Of a stretch of DNA of 40,118 bases, positions 29,562 through 38,373 are shown one piece after another. Origin of the DNA: Pseudomonadota bacterium (GTDB lineage: Bacteria; Bdellovibrionota_F; JAHFAK01; JBDREC01); assembly GCA_043820105.1 (NCBI GenBank), contig JBDREC010000086.1, positions 1-40,118 on the forward strand, in the 5' to 3' direction. A program made the translations under genes and the position numbers. The stretch's first letter is position 1. The number at the start of each line of letters is the position of its first letter. Under the pieces are notes generated by a model. That model had not been told where the DNA came from. It searched no databases and saw only the letters and a program-made list of their open reading frames with translations.

Positions 29562-30485
29562 TTATTTTACAATAATTGTTTCTTTTTTTTCAATAGCTGC
29601 ATTAATTGCATTGGAGATCATTTTGGTTCCAGAATCCATTATGAATTCAATTAATTGTTCATGCTTTTCTTTATAGTATTTAACTTTAGGTTTGCCGCTG
29701 ATACCTGAATGTCTGGCTGCATAAGCTATAACAGAAGGCAAGTTGCCAAGTTCATCAATCAGACCATTTTCTAAAGCTTGTTTGCCAGTAAAAACTCTTC
29801 CATCAGATAATGCTTTTACTTTTTCTTTTTCCATATTTCTGGCTACAGAAATGTCAGTAATAAATTGATCATGGATGTCATCAGCTAGGTCTTGAAATAT
29901 TTTTTCTTCCTCTTTTGACATTACTTTAAATGGAGAGCCCATGTCCTTATATTTTCCAGCTTTTATTGTGTGCTTTTTAATTTTCGCCCAATCATAGAGC
30001 TCTTGAAGGTTAAAAAGGTCCATTATCGTGCCAATGCTACCTGTTAACGTGCCTGGGCTTGCAAAAATTCTATCTGTTGCTGAAGCAATGTAATAGCCTC
30101 CAGAGGCTGCAGCGGATCCCATTGATGCATAAATTTTAAGTTTCTTTTTTTGACGTAATATTTCTTCATATACTTCTTGGCAAGGTGCAACTGATCCACC
30201 AGGAGAATTTATTCTAATAATAACAGCTTTAACATTCTCCTGATCTGCAAAGTGTTTTATACCCTCAATATACATTTTTGAATCTAGGATAACTCCCTCT
30301 ACTTCAACGATTCCAATATCAGGCTTGCTTGACAGTTCAACTTTGCTTCCAGTTAAAGAGTAAAGAAAAATAAAAAAACCTGCAGATACAAGTAGAAATG
30401 TACCCAATACTGCAAATGTAACAATAATGACTGTATAATTTATTTTTTGTTTATTTACTACTGTAGCTTTTGGTATTTGGTTCAA
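29562..30485 (-). CDS. sppA: Signal peptide peptidase SppA (short form, S49)
   Basis: RINSPGGS, AASGGYYIA, TGSIG, GKYKDMGSPF, DGRVFTGKQA; AAGGAG RBS. Confidence 0.95.
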   Translation of the reverse strand: MNQIPKATVVNKQKINYTVIIVTFAVLGTFLLVSAGFFIFLYSLTGSKVELSSKPDIGIVEVEGVILDSKMYIEGIKHFADQENVKAVIIRINSPGGSVAPCQEVYEEILRQKKKLKIYASMGSAAASGGYYIASATDRIFASPGTLTGSIGTIMDLFNLQELYDWAKIKKHTIKAGKYKDMGSPFKVMSKEEEKIFQDLADDIHDQFITDISVARNMEKEKVKALSDGRVFTGKQALENGLIDELGNLPSVIAYAARHSGISGKPKVKYYKEKHEQLIEFIMDSGTKMISNAINAAIEKKETIIVK

Positions 30486-30500
30486 GGTATCTCCTTATTA

Positions 30501-30533
30501 TAAGTGGTAAGTGTTAAGTGGTAAGTGGTAAGT
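30501..30533. repeat. Heptamer array (TAAGTGG)x4.7 in the sppA leader
   Basis: TAAGTGG TAAGTGT TAAGTGG TAAGTGG TAAGT, followed by partly complementary CACTTATCAC near 30555. Confidence 0.9.
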
Positions 30534-30668
30534 AAAATATGAAAATATTATTAGCACTTATCACGTTAAACCTACTTTTTGATAAAAATAGTTTAATTAA
30601 TTGAAATGTCAATTTTGTTTGGAGATTTTTTAAATTATGAATTTTGAATTATAATTTTAAATAAAGAT

Positions 30669-32555
30669 TTATTCTGATTTCTCTTCTTCTTTGGCTTCAG
30701 CCAAAGCTTCTTCTTTGGGTTCTTCTATATTCACTTTTTCAACAGCTTCATCTGTTTTAGGTTCTTCAGCTTTTACCTCTTCAATTGCTTCTTCTGCTTT
30801 AGTTTCTTCAACAGGTTCCTCTGCTTTAGGCTCTTCTTGTTTTTCACCAATGGTAGGCATTAAGTCTCCAAATGTTGGAGCTGCAGTTTTTGAATCTTTA
30901 TTAAATTCTTCGATTGCTTTTCTATCTTCTGCATTTTGAACTGCCTTAATACTTAAAGCCATTTTTCGTTCATCTGGATCAATGCTAATAACCATAGCTT
31001 CAATTTCGTCACCTGAATTGAATTTTGGTTTATTTTCTTCATCTTTATCATAGATTTCTTTTTTGTGTACTAGGCCTTCAATTTCATTTTCAACTTGTAC
31101 AAAAATACCGAAATCAGTAAGTTTGGTAATTTTACCTTTAATAATATCACCTGATGAATATTTATTAGCAGCAAGTTTCCAAGGATCGTCTTTTAGTTGT
31201 TTTATGCCAAGAGTAAATCTTTCGTTTTCAACATCTAAGCTAAGGACGATAGCTTGTACTTCTTCCCCCTTTGAGAAAAGGTCTGAAGGATGTTTTGTTT
31301 TTGTATTCCAGGAAAGGTCAGATGTATGAACAAGGCCATCAATATCTGTATCAACGCCAACAAAAATTCCAAAATCAGCTACTTTTTTAACTTCACCTGT
31401 AAGCACAGATCCAACTGGGTATTTCTTTGCTAGTTCTTCCCATGGATTTGGTTCTGTTTGACGCATTCCCAGAGAAATTCTTTTATTTGGTACATCAATG
31501 TCTAAGATAACAGCTTCAACTACATCACCAATTGCAACTAGTTTTGATGGGTGTTTAACTCTTTTGGTCCAGGACATTTCTGAAATATGTATTAGGCCTT
31601 CAATGCCTTCTTCTAATTCAACAAATGCGCCATAATCAGTAATACTAACAATTTTTCCCTTAATCTTTTGACTGATTGGATATTTTTTGTCAGCTTCAAC
31701 CCATGGATCTGGAGTGATTTGTTTTAAGCCAAGAGAGACTCTCTCGTTATTTTCATCATATTTGAGTACCATTACATTAACTTCATCACCAATTGAAAAC
31801 ATTTCTGATGGATGGTTAACTCTACCCCAGGACATATCTGTAATATGTAAAAGTCCGTCAATGCCACCAAGGTCAATAAATGCACCGTATTCAGTGATAT
31901 TTTTAACAATACCTTTAAGAATAGCACCTTCTTTTAGGTGTTTCATGGTTTCTGTTCTAAGCTCTTTTCTTTCTGTTTCCAAAAGTGCTTTTCTGGAAAG
32001 CACAATGTTGCCTCTTTTTTTATTAAACTTAATAAGTTTGAAGTTTAATTTTTTGCCTAAATAAGCATCAAGGTTTTTAACTGGAATTAAATCAATCTGA
32101 GAACCAGGTAAGAAAGCCTTTACGCCGATATCTACTGATAAGCCACCTTTAACTCTATCCATTATCCTGCCTTCAATGACTTCACCCTTTTCAAAGGAGT
32201 TTTCAATTTTATCCCAAACCTTCATTTTGTCTGCTTTATCTTTTGATAAAACAATGTTACCAGTATCGTCTTCTGTTTCCTCTATCAATACTTCGATTTC
32301 ATCACCGGGTTTAACGGTTATGTTTCTATCAAGATCTGAAAATTCGTGGATATTAATATAGCCCTCTGACTTATATCCAATATCTACTAAAACCTGGTCA
32401 TTTTCAATTTTAACTACAGTGCCCCTAATAACGGAGCCTTGTTTAAAATCATTTTGTTGCTTTAGGCTTTCATCTAAAAGCTGTTCGAAGTTATCTTCTC
32501 CAGCCAGTTCTAAGCCATTGCCATTACTTGAATCATTTAAATTACTTGGAATCAT
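30669..32555 (-). CDS. rpsA: 30S ribosomal protein S1 with acidic C-terminal extension
   Basis: Six S1 repeats (AFLPGSQID, YGAFIDLGGIDGLLHITDMSW, etc.); E/K/A-rich tail. Confidence 0.98.
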   Translation of the reverse strand: MIPSNLNDSSNGNGLELAGEDNFEQLLDESLKQQNDFKQGSVIRGTVVKIENDQVLVDIGYKSEGYINIHEFSDLDRNITVKPGDEIEVLIEETEDDTGNIVLSKDKADKMKVWDKIENSFEKGEVIEGRIMDRVKGGLSVDIGVKAFLPGSQIDLIPVKNLDAYLGKKLNFKLIKFNKKRGNIVLSRKALLETERKELRTETMKHLKEGAILKGIVKNITEYGAFIDLGGIDGLLHITDMSWGRVNHPSEMFSIGDEVNVMVLKYDENNERVSLGLKQITPDPWVEADKKYPISQKIKGKIVSITDYGAFVELEEGIEGLIHISEMSWTKRVKHPSKLVAIGDVVEAVILDIDVPNKRISLGMRQTEPNPWEELAKKYPVGSVLTGEVKKVADFGIFVGVDTDIDGLVHTSDLSWNTKTKHPSDLFSKGEEVQAIVLSLDVENERFTLGIKQLKDDPWKLAANKYSSGDIIKGKITKLTDFGIFVQVENEIEGLVHKKEIYDKDEENKPKFNSGDEIEAMVISIDPDERKMALSIKAVQNAEDRKAIEEFNKDSKTAAPTFGDLMPTIGEKQEEPKAEEPVEETKAEEAIEEVKAEEPKTDEAVEKVNIEEPKEEALAEAKEEEKSE

Positions 32556-32640
32556 AGTTTTACTCTCGGTTAATAGTTAATAATATTGTTTTCCCAATAC
32601 TAAGAGCATGGAAAAACCCCTTTTTTATTAAAGATAAGTG

Positions 32641-32669
32641 CCTATACACTTTTATTTTTTGACTTTCAA
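32641..32669 (-). promoter_or_regulatory. Possible sigma70 promoter of rpsA
   Basis: Minus strand TTGAAA, 17 bp, TATAGG. Confidence 0.4.
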
Positions 32670-32686
32670 GTATTAAATGAAGTGAA

Positions 32687-34078
32687 TCAAAAGATTTTTC
32701 CAGGATTCAGGATGGTATTTGGATCAAATGCTTTTTTAATTTCTTTCATAAGATCTATTTGTTCTTTTTCTAGAAACATTGGTAAATATTCTTTCTTTGC
32801 AAGACCAATCCCGTGTTCTCCTGATACAATACCTGACATATCTTTTGCTATTTGATGAAGTTCTGCTTTTATTGTATATATCTTCATTGAGTTTAGCTTA
32901 TGATTTGTTTTGATTGAACGATTTTTTTTTGTAATATGGGTATGTATATTTCCATCCCCAGCGTGTCCATAACTTGGAAGCCAAATGTCATGTTTTTCAG
33001 ATATGGCCTGTACTGCCTGCAGATATGCGGAAACCTGAGATGGAGGAACAGTAATATCAAGGGGTTCTAATGTTTCCTTTTTTATAGCAAGATAAAGATT
33101 GCTTCTTAGGGCTAAAACATCTTTTCTTCTTTTTTCAGTATCTGCTATAACTGTATTATCTATGAGCTTATTATTTTCCGAACATAAATTGTTTATCTTT
33201 TCAGCTTCTGCAAACAATAATTCTTCAGAATTGCCATCCAGTATTATCATTAAAAAGGCCTGGCCTTTGCAGGGCCAAGTTTTATTTAGCATAAGTTCAC
33301 ATTTTTGAATTACATCTTTTTCCAGAAATTCAATAGCCATTGGCATAACTTGTGCCCTGATTTTTGGAACGATATTTAAGGCAGAATGAATATTTTCAAA
33401 AGGAATAATCAGTGTAAGCATTTCTTTGGGTTTTGGTAAAAGAGCAATAGTTATATTAGTCACAATACACAAGGTGCCTTCTGAACCAATAACAAGATTT
33501 AACAGATTATAGCCACTTGAGGATTTAACCAGTTTTCCACCAAGTTTAATAATTTTTCCATTTGCTAAAACACAGGTCATGCCTTTCACATAATTTCTAA
33601 CAATGCCGTATTTTACTGCTCTTGCTCCTCCAGCATTAGTAGCGATAAGGCCCCCGAATTGTGCGTTTTCTTCTCCGGGATGGGGCGGGAAAAATAAGTT
33701 TGCTTTTTCAATTTCCTTTGAGAATGCCTCTAAAGTAACTCCGGCTTCTATTTTTGCCATGAGATTTTCTGTATCGATTTCCAGAATTTTATTCATTTTA
33801 GAAAAACTAAGTACAATACCTCCCTTTAATGGGAGAGCTGACCCGCATAGACCAGTACCACCACCTCTGGCTGTTACCGGTATTTTAAGTTCATTGGCGT
33901 TTTTAAGTATTGCACTTACATCCTCTTTATTTTTTGGAAAAAGCACTAGCTCTGGTAAAAATCCTTTATCATATCCTGAAGATTCATCTTTTGAATATTC
34001 TTTTAATTCACTCTCATTTACCAAAGAATCTTTCCTCAAATGCTCTGGAATTTTACTTAAAAAGTTCTTAATTTTCAT
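32687..34078 (-). CDS. FAD-linked oxidase, GlcD/D-lactate dehydrogenase-like
   Basis: RGGGTGL, ATNAGG..AVKYG, GSEGTL, GHAGDGNIH, SGEHGIG, DPNTILNPGKIF. Confidence 0.93.
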   Translation of the reverse strand: MKIKNFLSKIPEHLRKDSLVNESELKEYSKDESSGYDKGFLPELVLFPKNKEDVSAILKNANELKIPVTARGGGTGLCGSALPLKGGIVLSFSKMNKILEIDTENLMAKIEAGVTLEAFSKEIEKANLFFPPHPGEENAQFGGLIATNAGGARAVKYGIVRNYVKGMTCVLANGKIIKLGGKLVKSSSGYNLLNLVIGSEGTLCIVTNITIALLPKPKEMLTLIIPFENIHSALNIVPKIRAQVMPMAIEFLEKDVIQKCELMLNKTWPCKGQAFLMIILDGNSEELLFAEAEKINNLCSENNKLIDNTVIADTEKRRKDVLALRSNLYLAIKKETLEPLDITVPPSQVSAYLQAVQAISEKHDIWLPSYGHAGDGNIHTHITKKNRSIKTNHKLNSMKIYTIKAELHQIAKDMSGIVSGEHGIGLAKKEYLPMFLEKEQIDLMKEIKKAFDPNTILNPGKIF

Positions 34079-34113
34079 TTATTATCTCATATACTTAAAA
34101 AATAATTATAATA

Positions 34114-34157
34114 TGTGATCTAATTCACTTAAATTTACAATCAAAATTTGCTATAAT
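34114..34157 (+). promoter_or_regulatory. CRP/FNR-family-like box plus extended -10 promoter
   Basis: TGTGA-TCTAAT-TCACT (34114-34129); TGnTATAAT (34149-34157). Confidence 0.6.
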
Positions 34158-34266
34158 AATATACGAGGCTACTAAATAATTACGATACTTGCACAATCTC
34201 ACTTAAGTGTTGGATATTATAGGATAATGTTCTTCAGGATGGTTTCAATTATTCAAGGAGGGTCTA

Positions 34267-36876
34267 GTGAGAAAATCTGAAAAGAAAAAAATATTTATTT
34301 CAGTTTTAATTTTTGCATTAATTTTTCTTTTTTCCTGCAGTAATTTTTTTGATCAGGATACAAATACACCTGAAAATTCTGTTGGTGGTGACATTACTTC
34401 AATTAGCGATACAGCAATACCCGGACAAGTATCAAATATTGAAGTCTCAGGAACTAATCTTGGTATTGGTGAAAACACATTTTCAGAAGCAGTTGATGTT
34501 GAGTTATCAGTTTTAGATGACGATGATCTTGATGCAATAATTGGTGAATCAGGGATAAGCCTTGAATATGACAGCGCCAGCGCAGAAATAGCGACATCTG
34601 TGGAGATTGGACTGACCAGCACAAGCGGAGCCATTATTGCTGAAGATTCCATGTTTGTGTCTTCTGCCATTTCTTCCTTGAGCATGGATTTGTTTGACGG
34701 AACTTCAATTGATGAAGATATTCCCGGCATAACAAGTGGCGCAATTCCAGGGGCCATTCCAGGAGCCATTCCCGGAATGTCAGCCTATTTCCTTAAATAT
34801 TTCAAGTGGTTAAGTGCTGGTTTTAGCTTAAAAGCCATGTTGTTTATAATCGGGCCTGATAAAAAAATAATTAGCTGTCCTAAAAAATTGGCGATTTACC
34901 TGAATGACAATAAAGATTATCTGGTTTATAAAATACCTCAAAGTTTATTTGGTGCAGGTTTGCAAAGCGGAGTTCGTTTTTATGTAACTCTTTTCGCCAT
35001 TTCAACTGAAGGTAGTGCTGATGTAAATGTTGCATATACAGACGAAAATGGTAGTTCACAAAGCTCCACACTTGATGCTTTAAGTGAGGTTGAGGATGAA
35101 GATACAGCCGCTGGCGCGGATGCTTCCACAGGCACTTCTGAAGATGATTCTGCACAAACCCCGGATTCACAGGAGGATAATACAGATCATGCAGTTCCAG
35201 GGCTTAATGGAGATTCCATTATAATTAAGCTTGGTGGAGATCTTAATTCCACTACTTTGAGATACATTGATATCCAGATTTATGGTGAAGGATTTTCAGG
35301 GTATTGTTTAAGCAACATTGAGGGAGAGTTTATTACCTGTTCAAGTGTTAATCAGGATCAGTCTGATGCTAGGCAAATTACCATCCACGACTATGATCTT
35401 GCTGCAAGTCTTGGTTTAAAAACCATCTATTTCCGTTTTAGTAATTCGAATGGTGACTATGTTGATAAAAGCGCGAGTATAACTCTTACGGAAGCTGATT
35501 ATGGAACTTATCTGTACGCTTCTCACTTATCTCTTAATGAAGAATCGGGAAGTTCTACGATTTACGATGTTGTATTTATCGAAGGAGAAGATGAAGAGGA
35601 AGCTGGGAGCATGTTTTATGTTGGAAAATTTCAAGGATCAATTGATTTAGATCCTGATGAATCATTTAATGCTCTTTCTGAAACTGGAGAGACTTACAGC
35701 GACTTTTTTATTGTAAAGGTAGATGGTGAAGGAAAGTATATATCTGCAACGGTTGGGGGTGGTTCTTTTTCTGATAGGGCGAGAGCTATTGATATTGATG
35801 CCAATAGCAATATTTATGTTGTTGGGGAAGTCGATGGTAGTGGTGTTGATCTTGATGGAGATGGAGAGACTGAAAATTTAAGTGGGATGCTGGACATTTT
35901 TCTGCTTTCATTTAATTCTGTGCTGGATAACGACGACAGGTACACATTTGTTTTTGGTTCATCAGTCAATGATTACGCCAATGATGTCGCTGTGGATTCT
36001 CACGGCAATGTATATATATGCGGCAGCAGGGAAGATAAGGCCTTTATTGCAAGAATTGGCTCTAGTGGTGAGGGAGCGGAAATCGGGGAAATATGGTTAA
36101 ATAGCATTGAAACCTCCGGAGCATCTGTCTGTAATGAACTTTATATTGATGATTTAAATAATGTTTTCATGATCGGAAATTATATAGATAACGGTAGTGC
36201 TAATTTAAATTTTTTGGGAGAGGGAGCTGACTTCAAACAGGCAACAACTAATCAGGATGTTTTTATTACTAAATTTAGCATAAGGGATGAAGATGGTAAA
36301 AATGAATATGAAGGCACCTTTGTTTATAACGGTGGAATGGATGATTTTGGTAATTCGTTAACGGTTTCAGGAGATGGATTCCTCTATTTCACAGGAATGA
36401 GTGTTCGAGAAGAAAGCAGCGGAGATATTCTTATCGGCAAATTATCATCTAAAGACCTGACAATGGGAGACAGCGGTTTTACAAAGGTTTTTGGAGGAAC
36501 AGATATGGATGCTGGTATAAAAATTGAATTGAGAAACGATAACGAAATCTTTGTTGCAGGTATTTTTTCTGGTGTTGAAGTTGACCTTAATTTCACTGAT
36601 GGAACTGACGACGATTCAGTGTATAATTCAAGTGAGGATGATATTTTTCTGTTAAAACTAACCTCAGATGGTAATTTTGGATGGGTAAAAGTAATATCAG
36701 GTGAGGCCTCAGATACCCTTGAATTACTAACTGTCCATGAAGATAACCTTATTATTGGTGGTGCCTTCAATGGTGCCATAAATTTCAACCCTGGCGTAGA
36801 GGGCGCTGAACAGGAAGAAAGTCATTCTGTAAATTCCGGGTTTTTACTTTATTACGACATGATGTGCTATGATTAG
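34267..36876 (+). CDS. Large acidic lipoprotein with C-terminal SBBP-like beta-propeller
   Basis: Lipobox LFSC; repeats such as D..RAIDIDANSNIYVVG, D.ANDVAVDSHGNVYICG and DIFL.K; DLDGDG Ca-loop-like motif; GGAGG RBS before GTG. Confidence 0.75.
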   Translation: MRKSEKKKIFISVLIFALIFLFSCSNFFDQDTNTPENSVGGDITSISDTAIPGQVSNIEVSGTNLGIGENTFSEAVDVELSVLDDDDLDAIIGESGISLEYDSASAEIATSVEIGLTSTSGAIIAEDSMFVSSAISSLSMDLFDGTSIDEDIPGITSGAIPGAIPGAIPGMSAYFLKYFKWLSAGFSLKAMLFIIGPDKKIISCPKKLAIYLNDNKDYLVYKIPQSLFGAGLQSGVRFYVTLFAISTEGSADVNVAYTDENGSSQSSTLDALSEVEDEDTAAGADASTGTSEDDSAQTPDSQEDNTDHAVPGLNGDSIIIKLGGDLNSTTLRYIDIQIYGEGFSGYCLSNIEGEFITCSSVNQDQSDARQITIHDYDLAASLGLKTIYFRFSNSNGDYVDKSASITLTEADYGTYLYASHLSLNEESGSSTIYDVVFIEGEDEEEAGSMFYVGKFQGSIDLDPDESFNALSETGETYSDFFIVKVDGEGKYISATVGGGSFSDRARAIDIDANSNIYVVGEVDGSGVDLDGDGETENLSGMLDIFLLSFNSVLDNDDRYTFVFGSSVNDYANDVAVDSHGNVYICGSREDKAFIARIGSSGEGAEIGEIWLNSIETSGASVCNELYIDDLNNVFMIGNYIDNGSANLNFLGEGADFKQATTNQDVFITKFSIRDEDGKNEYEGTFVYNGGMDDFGNSLTVSGDGFLYFTGMSVREESSGDILIGKLSSKDLTMGDSGFTKVFGGTDMDAGIKIELRNDNEIFVAGIFSGVEVDLNFTDGTDDDSVYNSSEDDIFLLKLTSDGNFGWVKVISGEASDTLELLTVHEDNLIIGGAFNGAINFNPGVEGAEQEESHSVNSGFLLYYDMMCYD
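34738..34776 (+). repeat. In-frame 12-bp repeat encoding (GAIP)x3-G
   Basis: GGCGCAATTCCA GGGGCCATTCCA GGAGCCATTCCC GGA; differences between copies are synonymous. Confidence 0.8.
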
Positions 36877-36901
36877 GACTGAATAAATTAATAAAGGCTG
36901 C

Positions 36902-38194
36902 TCAAAAAATCAGCTTACTTATTCCTTTGCCACGGCTTATAAGATTTTCTGCAATTTTATGTGTATTATTTATTAACTTCATTTTATCAATCAAGACTTG
37001 CTTATTCTTTTTAATAAAATTTCCATTAACTATTGAATGGATTATGTTGTTTTTGCTGCTTGAATAAATTATTGCTGCAAGCGGATTGTGAGCAGGTGCT
37101 GTATTAACCTGCTTTAAATCCCAAAGCAAAAGATCTGCTGCAAAACCTGCTTTGATTTTTCCAGTGTTAAAATTTAGAGCATTATGTCCATTTTGCAAAA
37201 TTGACCAAATTTCCTTTAACTTAAAATCTTCTGCGTTTTTCCCATTTAATTTGCCGGCTAATGCAAACAGACGAGCCTGTTCTATTGGATCCATGGAATT
37301 TGAACTGACCACGCCATCAGTACCAATACAAAGAGGAAGTTTGTTTTTAAATTTCCAGATATTGCCATAACCCATGGCAAGTTTCATGTAAGTTTTAGGG
37401 CAGATGGCTATGTAACTATTTTCATTTAATAATGAGATTTCTTCTTCTGTAATCCATAGAGCGTGTGCTAAAATATGTGGAAGATCTAAGCCTCCAGATT
37501 CTTTTAAAACTTGAAGAGGCGATAAATTATAATTTTTAATGCTATCTTTTACTTGTTGTTCTGTTTCTGAAATATGTATATGAATTCCAACATCCAGGTT
37601 TTTAGCCGCACTATTTATAATCTTTAATTGCTCAGGACTGCATGTATATGGTGAATGAGGACCCATTCTTACCTTAATTAATTCAGAATTGCCATTCTCT
37701 TTGGAAATTAATGAAGAAGCATTTTCAAGTTGCGTATTAAAATTATTATTCATTCCAAAAAGAGTAATAGCAAGGTCAAGTCTTATTCCAGTTTCCTTTG
37801 CTGCTTTGACTATCATTTCCGCGTTAAAATAGTGATCAGCAAAAGCTGTAACTCCGTTGTCAATCATCTCATAAATCGCCAGCATGGTTCCCCAGTAAGA
37901 CTCTTTTGGAGTCATTTTGCTTTCATATGGCCAGATGTAATCATTAAACCACTTTTCAATGCAAACATCTTCAGCTATCCCTTTAAAAATATTCATGCCG
38001 GAGTGAGTGTGGAGATTGACAAGCCCTGGGGTTATGTAGAAATTAGTACAATCAATCGTTTCATCAGCTTCCTTGTTTTCAAGTATGCCAATTTGAGCAA
38101 TCTTTCCATTTTCAATAAAAATATCCTGACTTAATTTTATTTTGCCCTCATGATCTATTGTGTTTGAATTTTTTAATAATATATTATTTGTCAT
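36902..38194 (-). CDS. Amidohydrolase, MtaD/SsnA-like nucleoside deaminase family
   Basis: PGLVNLHTH, GPHSPYTC, HIHISET, AHALW, GTDG, G.I..G..ADL. Confidence 0.9.
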   Translation of the reverse strand: MTNNILLKNSNTIDHEGKIKLSQDIFIENGKIAQIGILENKEADETIDCTNFYITPGLVNLHTHSGMNIFKGIAEDVCIEKWFNDYIWPYESKMTPKESYWGTMLAIYEMIDNGVTAFADHYFNAEMIVKAAKETGIRLDLAITLFGMNNNFNTQLENASSLISKENGNSELIKVRMGPHSPYTCSPEQLKIINSAAKNLDVGIHIHISETEQQVKDSIKNYNLSPLQVLKESGGLDLPHILAHALWITEEEISLLNENSYIAICPKTYMKLAMGYGNIWKFKNKLPLCIGTDGVVSSNSMDPIEQARLFALAGKLNGKNAEDFKLKEIWSILQNGHNALNFNTGKIKAGFAADLLLWDLKQVNTAPAHNPLAAIIYSSSKNNIIHSIVNGNFIKKNKQVLIDKMKLINNTHKIAENLISRGKGISKLIF

Positions 38195-38279
38195 AAGATA
38201 TTCTTTGTTTATTTACCTAAGACTTAACTTAATCTTATTGATTTTAATGTCAAAAGCAATATTTTGGAATGATCCTTTT

Positions 38280-38322
38280 TGTGATTTTCATCATTGAAAA
38301 ATTAGCAATATTAAGGTATAAT
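38280..38322 (+). promoter_or_regulatory. sigma70 promoter with an overlapping CRP-like box at about -41.5
   Basis: TGTGA-TTTTCA-TCATT (38280-38295); TTGAAA (38294-99), 17 bp, TATAAT (38317-22). Confidence 0.65.
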
Positions 38323-38373
38323 TTAATAATGATATGAAAATACTAGGTTTTTAAAAGGTGAGGGGGTAAGCTT

